Shown piece by piece: positions 31,158 through 40,083 of a DNA stretch of 64,000 nt. Position 1 is the stretch's first letter. Each line of letters begins with the position of its first letter. The translations under genes were made by a program, and so were the position numbers. The stretch comes from an uncultured delta proteobacterium (GTDB taxonomy: Bacteria; Desulfobacterota; Binatia; UBA9968), in contig CAVTUQ010000002.1 of NCBI GenBank assembly GCA_963737905.1, positions 352,001 through 416,000 on the forward strand, given 5' to 3'. Below the pieces are notes generated by a model. It was given only the letters and a program-made list of their open reading frames with translations, was not told where the DNA came from and searched no databases.

Positions 31158-32138
31158 CTAAGGTTTCCAGCCCGCTTGGGTCAGCTCGCTATCCGCTCTC
31201 TTGGCAAAGCTGAAATCGTAGGCCCGCTCGATGGGCACTTCCTTGGTGACGTTGAGGACCTCGCGAACGATGTCGAGATCGTTTTTCTGCGTTTCTTCGT
31301 CGACCACGCCATTGGTCGTAAAACTACCAATCATGCCATCGTAAGTGCGCGCGGCCAAGTCCCTGTTTAACTCAGAAAATTTCATCATTGTATCCATCGC
31401 GACTTCGCGGTTTTGCTTGACCAGGCGCAGGGCTTTGAGCAAAGCACGCATGAATCCATGCATCAACTTCGGCTTATCTTTGATGAATTGGTCGTTGGTT
31501 GCCACCGTGCCCCAGGAGTTCTTCACTTCTTTACCCAGATACAAGATCTCTTTCATGCCTTGATCGAGGGCGGCAAAGCGTTCCTCCGAGCTCAGTAGTC
31601 CCCCATCCACGGTGCCCGACACCAGCGCGCCGAGACGCTGGCCCGGCGGCAGCGCGAGAAAAGTCAAATCTTTATTGGCATCGAGTCCATACTTGGGGGC
31701 GACCTTTTTCAACATGAACGTCGCCACCGCGGCGACGCCGGTCACCGCGACTTTCTTGCCTTTTAGTTCTTTGAAGCTGCTGTATTGGGGCCGGACCATA
31801 AGCCACTGCAGCACCTGGTCGTTGACGGCCAGCACCGTCTTGAGCGGTGCATTGCCTTTGGTGACGGCGACCAGGGCGCTGCTCCCGGACCCGGTGAAAT
31901 CCATTTCACCCGCGAGCACGGCTTGAAGGCCGGGAGTGGATGCCATGACGACGATATCGAGATCGATCCCTTCCTCCTTCATATAGCCCCGCTCCTTGGC
32001 GAGCGGAAAGATGATGAACTGAAATGATTTGGATGGCAGGGTAACGTTGATTTTATCGAGGGCAAATACCGATTCGTCGGAAAGCAACAAGACGCCGATC
32101 AGCACTGACGAGATTATCGACAGAATGATTTTTTTCAT
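31158..32138 (-). CDS. ABC transporter substrate-binding protein (NMT1/SsuA-like)
   Basis: Signal peptide; 'AKERGYMKEEGIDL', 'ELKGKKVAV', 'DFSF' end. Confidence 0.88.
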   Translation of the reverse strand: MKKIILSIISSVLIGVLLLSDESVFALDKINVTLPSKSFQFIIFPLAKERGYMKEEGIDLDIVVMASTPGLQAVLAGEMDFTGSGSSALVAVTKGNAPLKTVLAVNDQVLQWLMVRPQYSSFKELKGKKVAVTGVAAVATFMLKKVAPKYGLDANKDLTFLALPPGQRLGALVSGTVDGGLLSSEERFAALDQGMKEILYLGKEVKNSWGTVATNDQFIKDKPKLMHGFMRALLKALRLVKQNREVAMDTMMKFSELNRDLAARTYDGMIGSFTTNGVVDEETQKNDLDIVREVLNVTKEVPIERAYDFSFAKRADSELTQAGWKP

Positions 32139-32320
32139 TGTTCCGTTCCTCCTGGAAATAAGATAGACACCGGTACCGGTCACGGCCTACATTACAAAAG
32201 TCAATTTTCGAAGTCGAGGGGTTGACACTGAACTGGTCTAATATGTATGGAGACACGGCAAGGCCTGAGTATTGACTTATTCGTCAGCACGAGGGAAAGA
32301 GGGAAAAGGGAGACGACCCT

Positions 32321-32983
32321 ATGAATAGCCAAAACGATAACGCCGTCAAAAGCGATTTCATCACGGCGCTGCGAATCATCTATCGCGAAGGACTGAGCGA
32401 CGCCTTTGCCCATCTCAGCGCCCGCAGCGACGAAGGCCATGAAATGATGTTCATGCCGCGCAAGAGTCCGGCGCTGGTAAGAAGCGACGAGTTGTTCTTC
32501 GTCGACTTTGAAAAACCGGTGCCGCAGTCTTCCTTGCACCAGGCGATCTACAAAGTTCGTCCCGATGTCAAAGCGGTCTTTCATTTCCACTCGCCGGCGG
32601 TCATTCTTCTGAGCGTTATCGGCCAAAGCATTCGGCCCATGCACAACTACAGCGCGATATTCTACCAAGGCGTGCCGGTCTATACGGGCATCGGGCAGGT
32701 CGAATCACCGGCGCGGGCCGGCGAAATGGCCAGGTTGCTCGGCGACGCCAAGGCGCTGATGTTGCGCGGCCATGGCGCCGTCGTGGTCGGCCAGTCGATT
32801 CGCGAAGTCTGCATGCTGGCGCTTTTCTTGGAGGAGTCGGCGCGGCTACAAACCGACGCCATGAGACTCGGTACGCCGCTGTTCATGGAGCCTGAGGAGG
32901 CCGAGAAGATCGCCAAGCGGACTTTCAAGCCCAGCTCCATCGAACGGGCTTGGGACCATTTTGCGGCCAAATGTGCCGATTGA
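32321..32983 (+). CDS. Class II aldolase/adducin family protein
   Basis: 'AHLSAR', 'LHQAIYKVRPDVKAVFHFHSP', 'LMLRGHGAVVVG'. Confidence 0.92.
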   Translation: MNSQNDNAVKSDFITALRIIYREGLSDAFAHLSARSDEGHEMMFMPRKSPALVRSDELFFVDFEKPVPQSSLHQAIYKVRPDVKAVFHFHSPAVILLSVIGQSIRPMHNYSAIFYQGVPVYTGIGQVESPARAGEMARLLGDAKALMLRGHGAVVVGQSIREVCMLALFLEESARLQTDAMRLGTPLFMEPEEAEKIAKRTFKPSSIERAWDHFAAKCAD

Positions 32984-33333
32984 ATCTGTCGGTCGCAGAG
33001 GTCACCGGTCTTCGGCCATGGCACTTCGTGATGCTCCGTTTGTACAATGCGGCCAGTTTTTATGACTAGAAATATAGCCACCGTTATATTATAGTTTCCC
33101 CTGAAGTACCGTACCCGCCGCAAAATTCAGGGAGCAGTGTCCGGCTTTTATTCGATTGCATAGACCCCGGACGGCATCATTAATCAGACCCAACACGCAA
33201 AGCCGGTCGCCAAGCGCGTGCCGGTTCATGCCGACAGCGCAAAATTCATCGACAGCTTCAAAAGGAAGATCAACATCAAGGGAAATATCTTAACTACCGG
33301 TGTCAAGTGGGGTGCTGAATCTTGTTGATAACG

Positions 33334-34257
33334 ATGAAGCGGCTTTTTCTTGCTAGTCTGTGGCTCGCTTTACTTGCGTTCGTTCACCTGAATACGATCG
33401 CCACAGCCTATGCCCGTCTCGAGGATGAAGGCTTAAAGGTCTTTTCCGAGTTCAATGCCGGATCGATCACCGGCCTCGATTTCCCAGGCTCGGCTGCCGT
33501 TAGATCCACTATGCGGTTCAAGTTCAGTAATCCGCAAAGCAATGGGCTACCGATCTACGGGGTTGACGGAGGAGGGATCACCTATATCTGGCGAGCGTAC
33601 CCACGCCAACAAAACGGTTACTATACGGCATTTTTCTGGGGCAATGACGATGGGCAGAATAATTTGAATACATTTTTATGGAAGAGGATGAACGGAGTTT
33701 CTAAGGGTGTCGCTGATAGTTACTATGGCGCCCATCCTTATCCCAGACGTTCCAACCGTTCGCTGCACGATTGGGAGATCTCTGTAGAGCAAGAAGACTA
33801 TGTTAACGGCCAGGTTGTGTATGATCGCTGGTATACACAATGTTTGCGGGTCTGGTCTGCCGCCAACAATAGAAAATTCCATGAGTTCTATTGGGATCTG
33901 CCCAAAACCGACGCGACTCATGTTGTGATGCGTGTTTCTCCTGCCAACTGGGGTAATATCAACCCTCCAGCGCCGGCTCTTACCTGGGGCGACGCTCCCT
34001 GGGCGCCCGGGAAAGAGGTTTGGAATGGAATTCTTCGCGGCATACAGATTTACTCCGGCCTGCTATCGGTAACCGATATGCTGCGGGAAGCCTCAAATCC
34101 GCTTTCAACGTCTGTGGGAGCAGCCAATATTTGGTACCTAAACATGAACCCGACGCCATCGGATACTTCTGATAAATCAGGCCGCGGACACAACCCGGTA
34201 TGGGTTGGGAATGAGCGTCCCGGAACTTATATTGAACGAATGCCAAACTTAAAATGA
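33334..34257 (+). CDS. Secreted hypothetical protein, aromatic-rich, possibly concanavalin-A/LamG-like
   Basis: Signal peptide MKRLFLASLWLALLAF...; Trp/Tyr-rich beta-type sequence, 'GILRGIQIYSGLLS', 'DKSGRGHNP' resemble LamG-type C-termini. Confidence 0.55.
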   Translation: MKRLFLASLWLALLAFVHLNTIATAYARLEDEGLKVFSEFNAGSITGLDFPGSAAVRSTMRFKFSNPQSNGLPIYGVDGGGITYIWRAYPRQQNGYYTAFFWGNDDGQNNLNTFLWKRMNGVSKGVADSYYGAHPYPRRSNRSLHDWEISVEQEDYVNGQVVYDRWYTQCLRVWSAANNRKFHEFYWDLPKTDATHVVMRVSPANWGNINPPAPALTWGDAPWAPGKEVWNGILRGIQIYSGLLSVTDMLREASNPLSTSVGAANIWYLNMNPTPSDTSDKSGRGHNPVWVGNERPGTYIERMPNLK

Positions 34258-34305
34258 TATCCCGCGTGCGAGCTTCTGAAATTCCGCGTAAAATCCGGAA
34301 AAGAC

Positions 34306-35772
34306 CTATAACCCCTGAGCCGCGGAGTGCCGTCCCGCCAAGCGCGAGAAGACGACGTTCCGCGTCTGACCCGTACACGACGGGTAATTGTGGAAAAACA
34401 AACCGACGATGTCGCCGGAGGCGTAAAGCCCTCGGATCGGATTACCGGAGGTGTTGAGCACTTGCGCGCTCTCGTTGATCTGCAAGCCGCCGAAGGTAAA
34501 GGTCACGCCCCCCGTGATTGAGAAGGCCCAATAAGGGGGCTGGTCGATGGGGTTCGACCAGTTGGATTTCTTTGGCGTGATGCCTTCGGTGCATTTGCCA
34601 TCCAGCTTGGTGGCGTCGAAGGGAATATCTTTGCGCGCGGCGTTGTTGAATTCTCTGATCGTATGATTCAGCACCGCGGGCTCGATGCTGATCTTCTGCG
34701 CCAGCTCATCGATCGTGTTGGCTTCGATGGGCGTGGAAAACTCATACCGGGTGCCGAGCAGCGGAATCGTCTTCTGATCGTAGATCTGATACGCCACCGC
34801 CCCGGGTTGACTGAGCACCGCCCAGCCCGTCTTCGCATACGTGTACGAGTGACGCGCCTCGCCTTCGTCGAAAAAGCGTTGGCCGAGCGAATTGACGGTG
34901 ATACCGTAGGGATAGCCGTAACGATTCGCCTTGCTGCCGATCTCCACGTCGGGATAGGTCGAGTCGATGGGCGTCGCGTGGGCGCCCTGCCAGTGGCCCG
35001 CCGCCTTCGCGCCCAGCCCCAGCGCCATCATCAGCACTTCGCCCGTGTCGTGCCGGCTGCCGCGCACCTTCATCAGGTCGGCGTTGGCTCCGAGATAGCG
35101 AGCGCGCATTTCCGCGTTGGCTTGGAAACCGCCGGCGCAAAGAATAATCGAACCGCTGCGCAGTTCGTATTCTTCGTTGGTATCGGAAACCACAACGCCT
35201 TCGATTCTTCGGTCGTTGCCGAGCAATTCCCGAACCCGCGACTCGTAGCGAATCTCGACTCCCATGCGGGTCGCAATCTCGCGCCATTGGCCCAGCTGCC
35301 CGAGACCACCGCTGATGCCGCCCACTGGATGAATCACCAAACCGGGTTCAAAATAGTAGCGGCCATCAATAACAACATGGCTATCGATCTCCCATTGGAT
35401 GCCCAGCTCGCGCATCCAATGGATTGCCGCATTGGACTGCTGCACCAAAACGTCGGCGAGCCGCTGGTCAATCCGCCCGCGGGTGACCCGCTCAAGATCA
35501 GCATGAAACTGTTCGGCCGAGTAAGCGGGAAGATGTAGTTTTTGAAACGTCGCGTCATCCACTTCGGGCAAGAACGTACGAATCTCGTCGGCACCGGAAA
35601 AAACCCAACGAAAGCCGGTGTGGGAAAACCGCGCGTTGCCGCCGAACTCCGGCTCCGGCGCTTTTTCCAACATGACAACTCGCGGCGCGCCCGCTTGTTT
35701 GGCCGCCACCGCCGCTTCGAAAGCGGCGCTCCCGCCGCCAACAACCACGACCGGTATGTTTTCAGTCCTCAC
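34306..35772 (-). CDS. tcuA: FAD-dependent tricarballylate dehydrogenase TcuA-like flavoprotein
   Basis: 'VVVVGGGSAA', 'GGNARF', 'LCAGGFQAN.EMR.RYLG', 'YPYGITVN..GQRFFDEG', 'GVTFTFGGL', 'GLYASG..VG.FFHNYP'. Confidence 0.82.
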   Translation of the reverse strand: MRTENIPVVVVGGGSAAFEAAVAAKQAGAPRVVMLEKAPEPEFGGNARFSHTGFRWVFSGADEIRTFLPEVDDATFQKLHLPAYSAEQFHADLERVTRGRIDQRLADVLVQQSNAAIHWMRELGIQWEIDSHVVIDGRYYFEPGLVIHPVGGISGGLGQLGQWREIATRMGVEIRYESRVRELLGNDRRIEGVVVSDTNEEYELRSGSIILCAGGFQANAEMRARYLGANADLMKVRGSRHDTGEVLMMALGLGAKAAGHWQGAHATPIDSTYPDVEIGSKANRYGYPYGITVNSLGQRFFDEGEARHSYTYAKTGWAVLSQPGAVAYQIYDQKTIPLLGTRYEFSTPIEANTIDELAQKISIEPAVLNHTIREFNNAARKDIPFDATKLDGKCTEGITPKKSNWSNPIDQPPYWAFSITGGVTFTFGGLQINESAQVLNTSGNPIRGLYASGDIVGLFFHNYPSCTGQTRNVVFSRLAGRHSAAQGL

Positions 35773-35829
35773 AGTTCGTAATCTCCAGGGAATGATAAAC
35801 CGTCGAATGGAATGATCGGAGCAAGCGCA

Positions 35830-36864
35830 TCAATGCTTCTTGTAGACGCTCTGGATATAGCCCGAGCTTTCGAGCTTATTCATGAAGGAATTGTCGATGA
35901 CATTTTCGACGCGGACTTCCGCGATTTTAGGATTGATCTGCGTCAAAAGCGCCTGCAGGCGTTTCATGCCTTCGAGGCTAATATGGGGTACTCGTTCGTA
36001 AGAATCAATCACCGCGAGGTACGATTCTTCCGCGTCTACGGGATTCGTTAGCCGCAAGTTCGATACCAGCAACCGAGTCACCAGTTCCTTATTGGCCGGA
36101 TCGAGAGTAACCGCGATCGATTCGATCATCGTTTTCAAATAGGCTTCGATTACCTGTGGTTTAGCGGCGGCGATGCGGCGCGTCGTTACCAGCATGTTCT
36201 GTGGCAACGTCGCGCCGGTCGTCTTGAGATTGTAGAGCACGTGGTACCCCTTGTTGCCGTAGAGATCGCCCACGGAGCCCCTTAGGGACGTCGCGTCTAC
36301 GCCGCCGGTCTCAAGCGCCAAGCGGCGGTTGACCTCCGTTCCGGGAATCGTCAAGAAAGTGATCCGCCCTTGCACGGGATCGATGTTCAGACCCTGCAGA
36401 GCCAACAATGAGACCAAATGCGAAGTCGAACCGGGGCCGCTGATGGCGACTCGCTTGCCCCGAAGATCCTCCGCTTTCTTGATGTCGGGCCTCGCGTTGA
36501 GCCGAAAGTCGAGCTTTTGGTGGAAGTTGGCAATGCCGATGAGATCCGCGCCGCTAAGGCCGGCATTAACGAGATGGCCTGGGCCGATGATCGCTGCATC
36601 GATCTCGCCGGCGATCAGCGCGGCGACGGCCAAAGGGTTACGCGGCATCAAAATGAACTGCATGTCGAGGCCATGCTTTTTGAACAGGCCGCGCTCGCGC
36701 GCCACCCATACGGCGGTCATGCTTTCGCTAGTGACACTGGAGGACAAGTTGGACTTGATTTGCGCGTTCACGAATTGGGGCCTGCAGAGGGGAGCCAGCC
36801 ATAGGGTCGCGAGGAGCAGACATGGGGACGCCCGGAAAGCGCTACGAATTCTCACAGGATTCAT
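35830..36864 (-). CDS. ABC transporter substrate-binding protein (NMT1/SsuA-like)
   Basis: 'WVARERGLFKKHGLD', 'ALIAGEID', 'DLRGKRVAISGPGS', 'DNSFMNKLESSG'. Confidence 0.88.
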   Translation of the reverse strand: MNPVRIRSAFRASPCLLLATLWLAPLCRPQFVNAQIKSNLSSSVTSESMTAVWVARERGLFKKHGLDMQFILMPRNPLAVAALIAGEIDAAIIGPGHLVNAGLSGADLIGIANFHQKLDFRLNARPDIKKAEDLRGKRVAISGPGSTSHLVSLLALQGLNIDPVQGRITFLTIPGTEVNRRLALETGGVDATSLRGSVGDLYGNKGYHVLYNLKTTGATLPQNMLVTTRRIAAAKPQVIEAYLKTMIESIAVTLDPANKELVTRLLVSNLRLTNPVDAEESYLAVIDSYERVPHISLEGMKRLQALLTQINPKIAEVRVENVIDNSFMNKLESSGYIQSVYKKH

Positions 36865-36898
36865 CGGCCGAGCCTCCGCGAAAGCATGCTTTAACTGT

Positions 36899-36923
36899 GG
36901 GGAACCGTTTCAACGGCTCCCCA
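36899..36923. repeat. Short intergenic palindrome
   Basis: ggggaaccgtt-tc-aacggctcccc. Confidence 0.55.
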
Positions 36924-36969
36924 CGCTGCCGTGCGAATAAAACGAAAAGTTTCTTAGCGATCCAGGAAA

Positions 36970-37362
36970 TTAACTGGTCGGTTTCTCGCCCAGGGGTACG
37001 GCCACCGAAAAGCCATGTTCCGAAATATCGAAGAAGTTGCCATCGGGGTCTGAACCACGGGTCTCGGCATAGGGCCGTCCATTGGGGCGCGCTTTCGGCA
37101 ATTTGTTCGGATTGACCTTTTTCATTCGCTCGACGATGTTCTCGCCGTTCTCCACCTCAAAGCCGAAATGGTAGAGACCATTGGGGGCATTTTGCTCGTG
37201 GTTGGGAAGAATGGCAAGGTTGAAATAACCGTCGGTGAGAAAGATAGCACCCCCTTCGTCCTTGCCTTTGTGCAGCATTTGCATCTCAAAGACATCCATA
37301 TAGAACTGCGCGAGTTTTCCCGTGTCCTCGGTACGAATGGCCAAATGTTTTATCTTAGGCAT
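36970..37362 (-). CDS. VOC (glyoxalase/bleomycin resistance) family protein
   Basis: 'IKHLAIRT.D...LAQFY..VF', 'GLYHFGFEV', 'DPDGNFFDIS'. Confidence 0.9.
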   Translation of the reverse strand: MPKIKHLAIRTEDTGKLAQFYMDVFEMQMLHKGKDEGGAIFLTDGYFNLAILPNHEQNAPNGLYHFGFEVENGENIVERMKKVNPNKLPKARPNGRPYAETRGSDPDGNFFDISEHGFSVAVPLGEKPTS

Positions 37363-37441
37363 GAATTCCTCCTTCTTTAGATAAGTTTCTTTCGTTTGCC
37401 GGATACAGCAAAATAGATTGCCTTGTCAAGGCGCCCGGATA

Positions 37442-38833
37442 TTAGCCATGCGCTGTTTGTTCGTCGCGCTCGATAATCATTGGAACGATGGCTTGCCGAA
37501 TGACTTTCTCACTTACCTCGCCGTAACGTTCTTTAAAGCGATCCAGAGGGATCACGGCTTTGGCCATCGCGCGATGGCCGCCGGCGCTGCCGATGTCGTC
37601 GTAGAGCTTCTTCATGATGTCACCGGCGCTTCTGACGTAACCGACGTTGCGCACCGATATGACCACGCGATCTTTGACCAACCCGGATACGACTCCCCAG
37701 TCGACGCCTTCGATGTGTAAACAAAACTCCGCCATCTGCGGGATAACATCCTCCCGGTTGATCTCGCCCATATGGATCACAGCCACCCCGTCATCCAGTT
37801 GCAAGCGGCTGAGCGCTCGGCCGAGAGCTTCCAGATCTTCGCGCGGCAAGGCGGGCCGCTCGATGCGCGTGATCATCGGCTTGTTGGCAAAGGGATAGAG
37901 AAAGGTAAAGGCGCTGAGATCGGCAAGAATGCTGCCCCGTTCAAGAAACAGCGTGTCCGTCTTGATCCCGTAGAGCAGCGCGGTCGCCAGCCTTTGCGAC
38001 GGTTCCATTCCGATGGCCCGCAAATATTCTGTAAAAATTGTGGACGTCGCGCCATAGCCGGTTCGAAGGTCGGTAAAACGGGCCTTGAATGGGGTCCGCT
38101 TCGGGTGATGATCTACGACCAGATCGACTCTTCCGAGAGGCTGGTCGAAATAGGGTGGCTGGACGTCGACCAGAGCCAGCTGCGCGCCGTCTTTGTGTAG
38201 ATCGTCATAGGTGATCCGATCGATCTGAATATCCAGGAAGTGGATCATCGCAAGATTTTCCGGCCGAGTCACTTCGCCGAAAGTCACAATCGGCGTCGTA
38301 ATACGATTGCGGCCCAAAAGCTCTCGCAAGGCCAGCGCGCTACCGAGGGCGTCTGGATCCGGGTCGTGCTGCAGTAAAATGTGGACCTTCTTCTCGTCAA
38401 AAAGCGAACGTATCCTTTCGACTTTTTTGCTGTTCAATGTATCGAGAAGCCGGGTGGCACAGAACTCTTCGAAAATGTCCGACAACTGGAGCTGTCTAAA
38501 AAGCAAATCATCGGGCTCTCTGGCGCCATTCTTATCGGGAGTGAGAGCTACAATCGACAAACTCTTATCGAGGGCTCTCAACAAGCGGCAGATTCGATCT
38601 TGAAGCTCTGTCTCGCGAACGAAGACGATGGCCTGATCTACATGATGCAGTTTGATTCTCTTATAGCTATCTTCTTTGAGGAGATCTCCTTGCCGAACTT
38701 TTCCGCCCTGACGCTTGATCCTCTTCGCCACCGCGGCGTCTTGTACCAGAAACAGCACTTCCGCCTGCTTGGATGCAACGTTGCGCATCAGGTGAAATAG
38801 CAAATCGTCTTCGCAGATCGCTAGATACTGCAT
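37442..38833 (-). CDS. DHH/DHHA1 phosphoesterase with degenerate N-terminal TrkA_N/RCK-like domain
   Basis: 'HDPDPDALGSA', 'LVD', 'VVDHH', 'GATSTI', 'GIKTDT', 'AGGH..MA'; N-terminal 'QGDLLKEDSYK' resembles TrkA_N. Confidence 0.85.
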   Translation of the reverse strand: MQYLAICEDDLLFHLMRNVASKQAEVLFLVQDAAVAKRIKRQGGKVRQGDLLKEDSYKRIKLHHVDQAIVFVRETELQDRICRLLRALDKSLSIVALTPDKNGAREPDDLLFRQLQLSDIFEEFCATRLLDTLNSKKVERIRSLFDEKKVHILLQHDPDPDALGSALALRELLGRNRITTPIVTFGEVTRPENLAMIHFLDIQIDRITYDDLHKDGAQLALVDVQPPYFDQPLGRVDLVVDHHPKRTPFKARFTDLRTGYGATSTIFTEYLRAIGMEPSQRLATALLYGIKTDTLFLERGSILADLSAFTFLYPFANKPMITRIERPALPREDLEALGRALSRLQLDDGVAVIHMGEINREDVIPQMAEFCLHIEGVDWGVVSGLVKDRVVISVRNVGYVRSAGDIMKKLYDDIGSAGGHRAMAKAVIPLDRFKERYGEVSEKVIRQAIVPMIIERDEQTAHG

Positions 38834-39018
38834 AGGGTTTTCCCTTAGAACGGGAATCTAGTGCGGGAGCTGGCCGGAGGTCAAGCGCGAAGTTTGAACT
38901 TTCATCGACACGGCCGGAGTCTAGCACCTGCAGTTTTGCAATTCCAGCCCTATTCTAGAACCGACCATTGAAGCTCATATAAGCTAAAGAAAATGAGGAG
39001 GAAACAAGGCAAATATCG

Positions 39019-39258
39019 ATGATCAACAGCGGCGAAAGAGGCTTTGGCCTGCCCAAATTCAGCCGTGACGAACGAACCCGCCGCTGGGGGCGCGTGCGTG
39101 CGCTCATGCCGGCGGACGCGCCCGACTCGATCCGTTACGGTGACACCGTCGTCATCCGCAAAGAAGGCGCGCGCCGGTTGGGAAAAAAAAGTTCACTTTC
39201 CCCGAATTACCTTGACTTGTTGGGGACGGGCAACTCCTCTTGTCTTTTGCCCGGCTGA
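39019..39258 (+). pseudogene. Internally deleted M24 (Xaa-Pro peptidase/creatinase-like) gene remnant
   Basis: An N-terminal-type motif 'LPKFSRDERTRRWGRVRALM' is fused directly to a C-terminal-type motif 'IRYGDTVVIRKEGARRLGK'; strong GAGGAGG RBS upstream. Confidence 0.6.
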
Positions 39259-39262
39259 GTCG

Positions 39263-40063
39263 TCACGCTTGGTACAGCCCTTCCTTTTTGACGTACTGAT
39301 AGACTCCCTCGAAGAACCAGGCGAAATAGGCCGTGCCCATGCGTAAGCAATACTCCAGGCTAAAACCGGGTCGGGTATCGGCGCGGCCCTCTTCGAGCAT
39401 CTTCCTCAGCACCGTCCAATCAAGATCCGCATGCGCCATAACGCCGTCGGCATGCTCTTCGAGATCGGCTTCCGCATGCACACGGAAGTAGACGATTTTT
39501 TCTTCCGGCATATGGTATACTTTGCGCAGCGCACCCCCAAAGAACTTGGCCCAGTGGCCCACAGCCTCTTCCACACAGAAAGAGGCCCACCACTCAGCCA
39601 TAGTTCCTTCATAAAGGACCCCGCGATAATACTCGAGAAAGGCGCGGCACTCGGCAAGCATTTCGTACTCGATCATCTCATCGTCGGTCAGCCCAAAGTT
39701 TCGTCCTTGTTCGAGCACGATGCGAATGTGGCCGGGCGGCTTCGGATGAATCATCTCGTCCGCCACATGATTGGCGAAATGCTTTTGCAGTTCAGGATGG
39801 CGTTTGAAGAAAGGCAAGTGACGTTGATAAGCAACGCCGTGAAAGTTATTGATCTCGGCCACGAAGCCGTACCAATTCTGCCAGAACACCTGGATCGCCT
39901 CCATGGGCAGAGTTCCTCTTTCCAACTCCGTATGAAAGCGCCCTTTAAAAAGCCACCGATCCGCCAGACCCAACAGGTATTTTTTCAGCTCCCCAACGAC
40001 CGCTTCCGCTTCTTGCGGCGATAGTTTTTTACCGAAGTAATCTTTTCCGTTTGCTCCCGCCAT
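39263..40063 (-). CDS. Heme-oxygenase-like diiron enzyme (TenA/PqqC/CADD superfamily)
   Basis: Candidate ligand pattern 'DE-x8-H' (ADEMIHPKPPGH), 'VEE', 'H-x3-D-x3-H' (HAEADLEEH); helical, 266 aa. Confidence 0.75.
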   Translation of the reverse strand: MAGANGKDYFGKKLSPQEAEAVVGELKKYLLGLADRWLFKGRFHTELERGTLPMEAIQVFWQNWYGFVAEINNFHGVAYQRHLPFFKRHPELQKHFANHVADEMIHPKPPGHIRIVLEQGRNFGLTDDEMIEYEMLAECRAFLEYYRGVLYEGTMAEWWASFCVEEAVGHWAKFFGGALRKVYHMPEEKIVYFRVHAEADLEEHADGVMAHADLDWTVLRKMLEEGRADTRPGFSLEYCLRMGTAYFAWFFEGVYQYVKKEGLYQA

Positions 40064-40083
40064 CGAGTCTCTCCTTTCTTTAA

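Noticed and set aside
38845-38935. GGGAA...GTGCG segment as a cobalamin riboswitch
   Set aside because: Lacks the conserved GCCCCCGC/ACTGT and GCCACTG/B12-box elements and is not upstream of the B12 enzyme.
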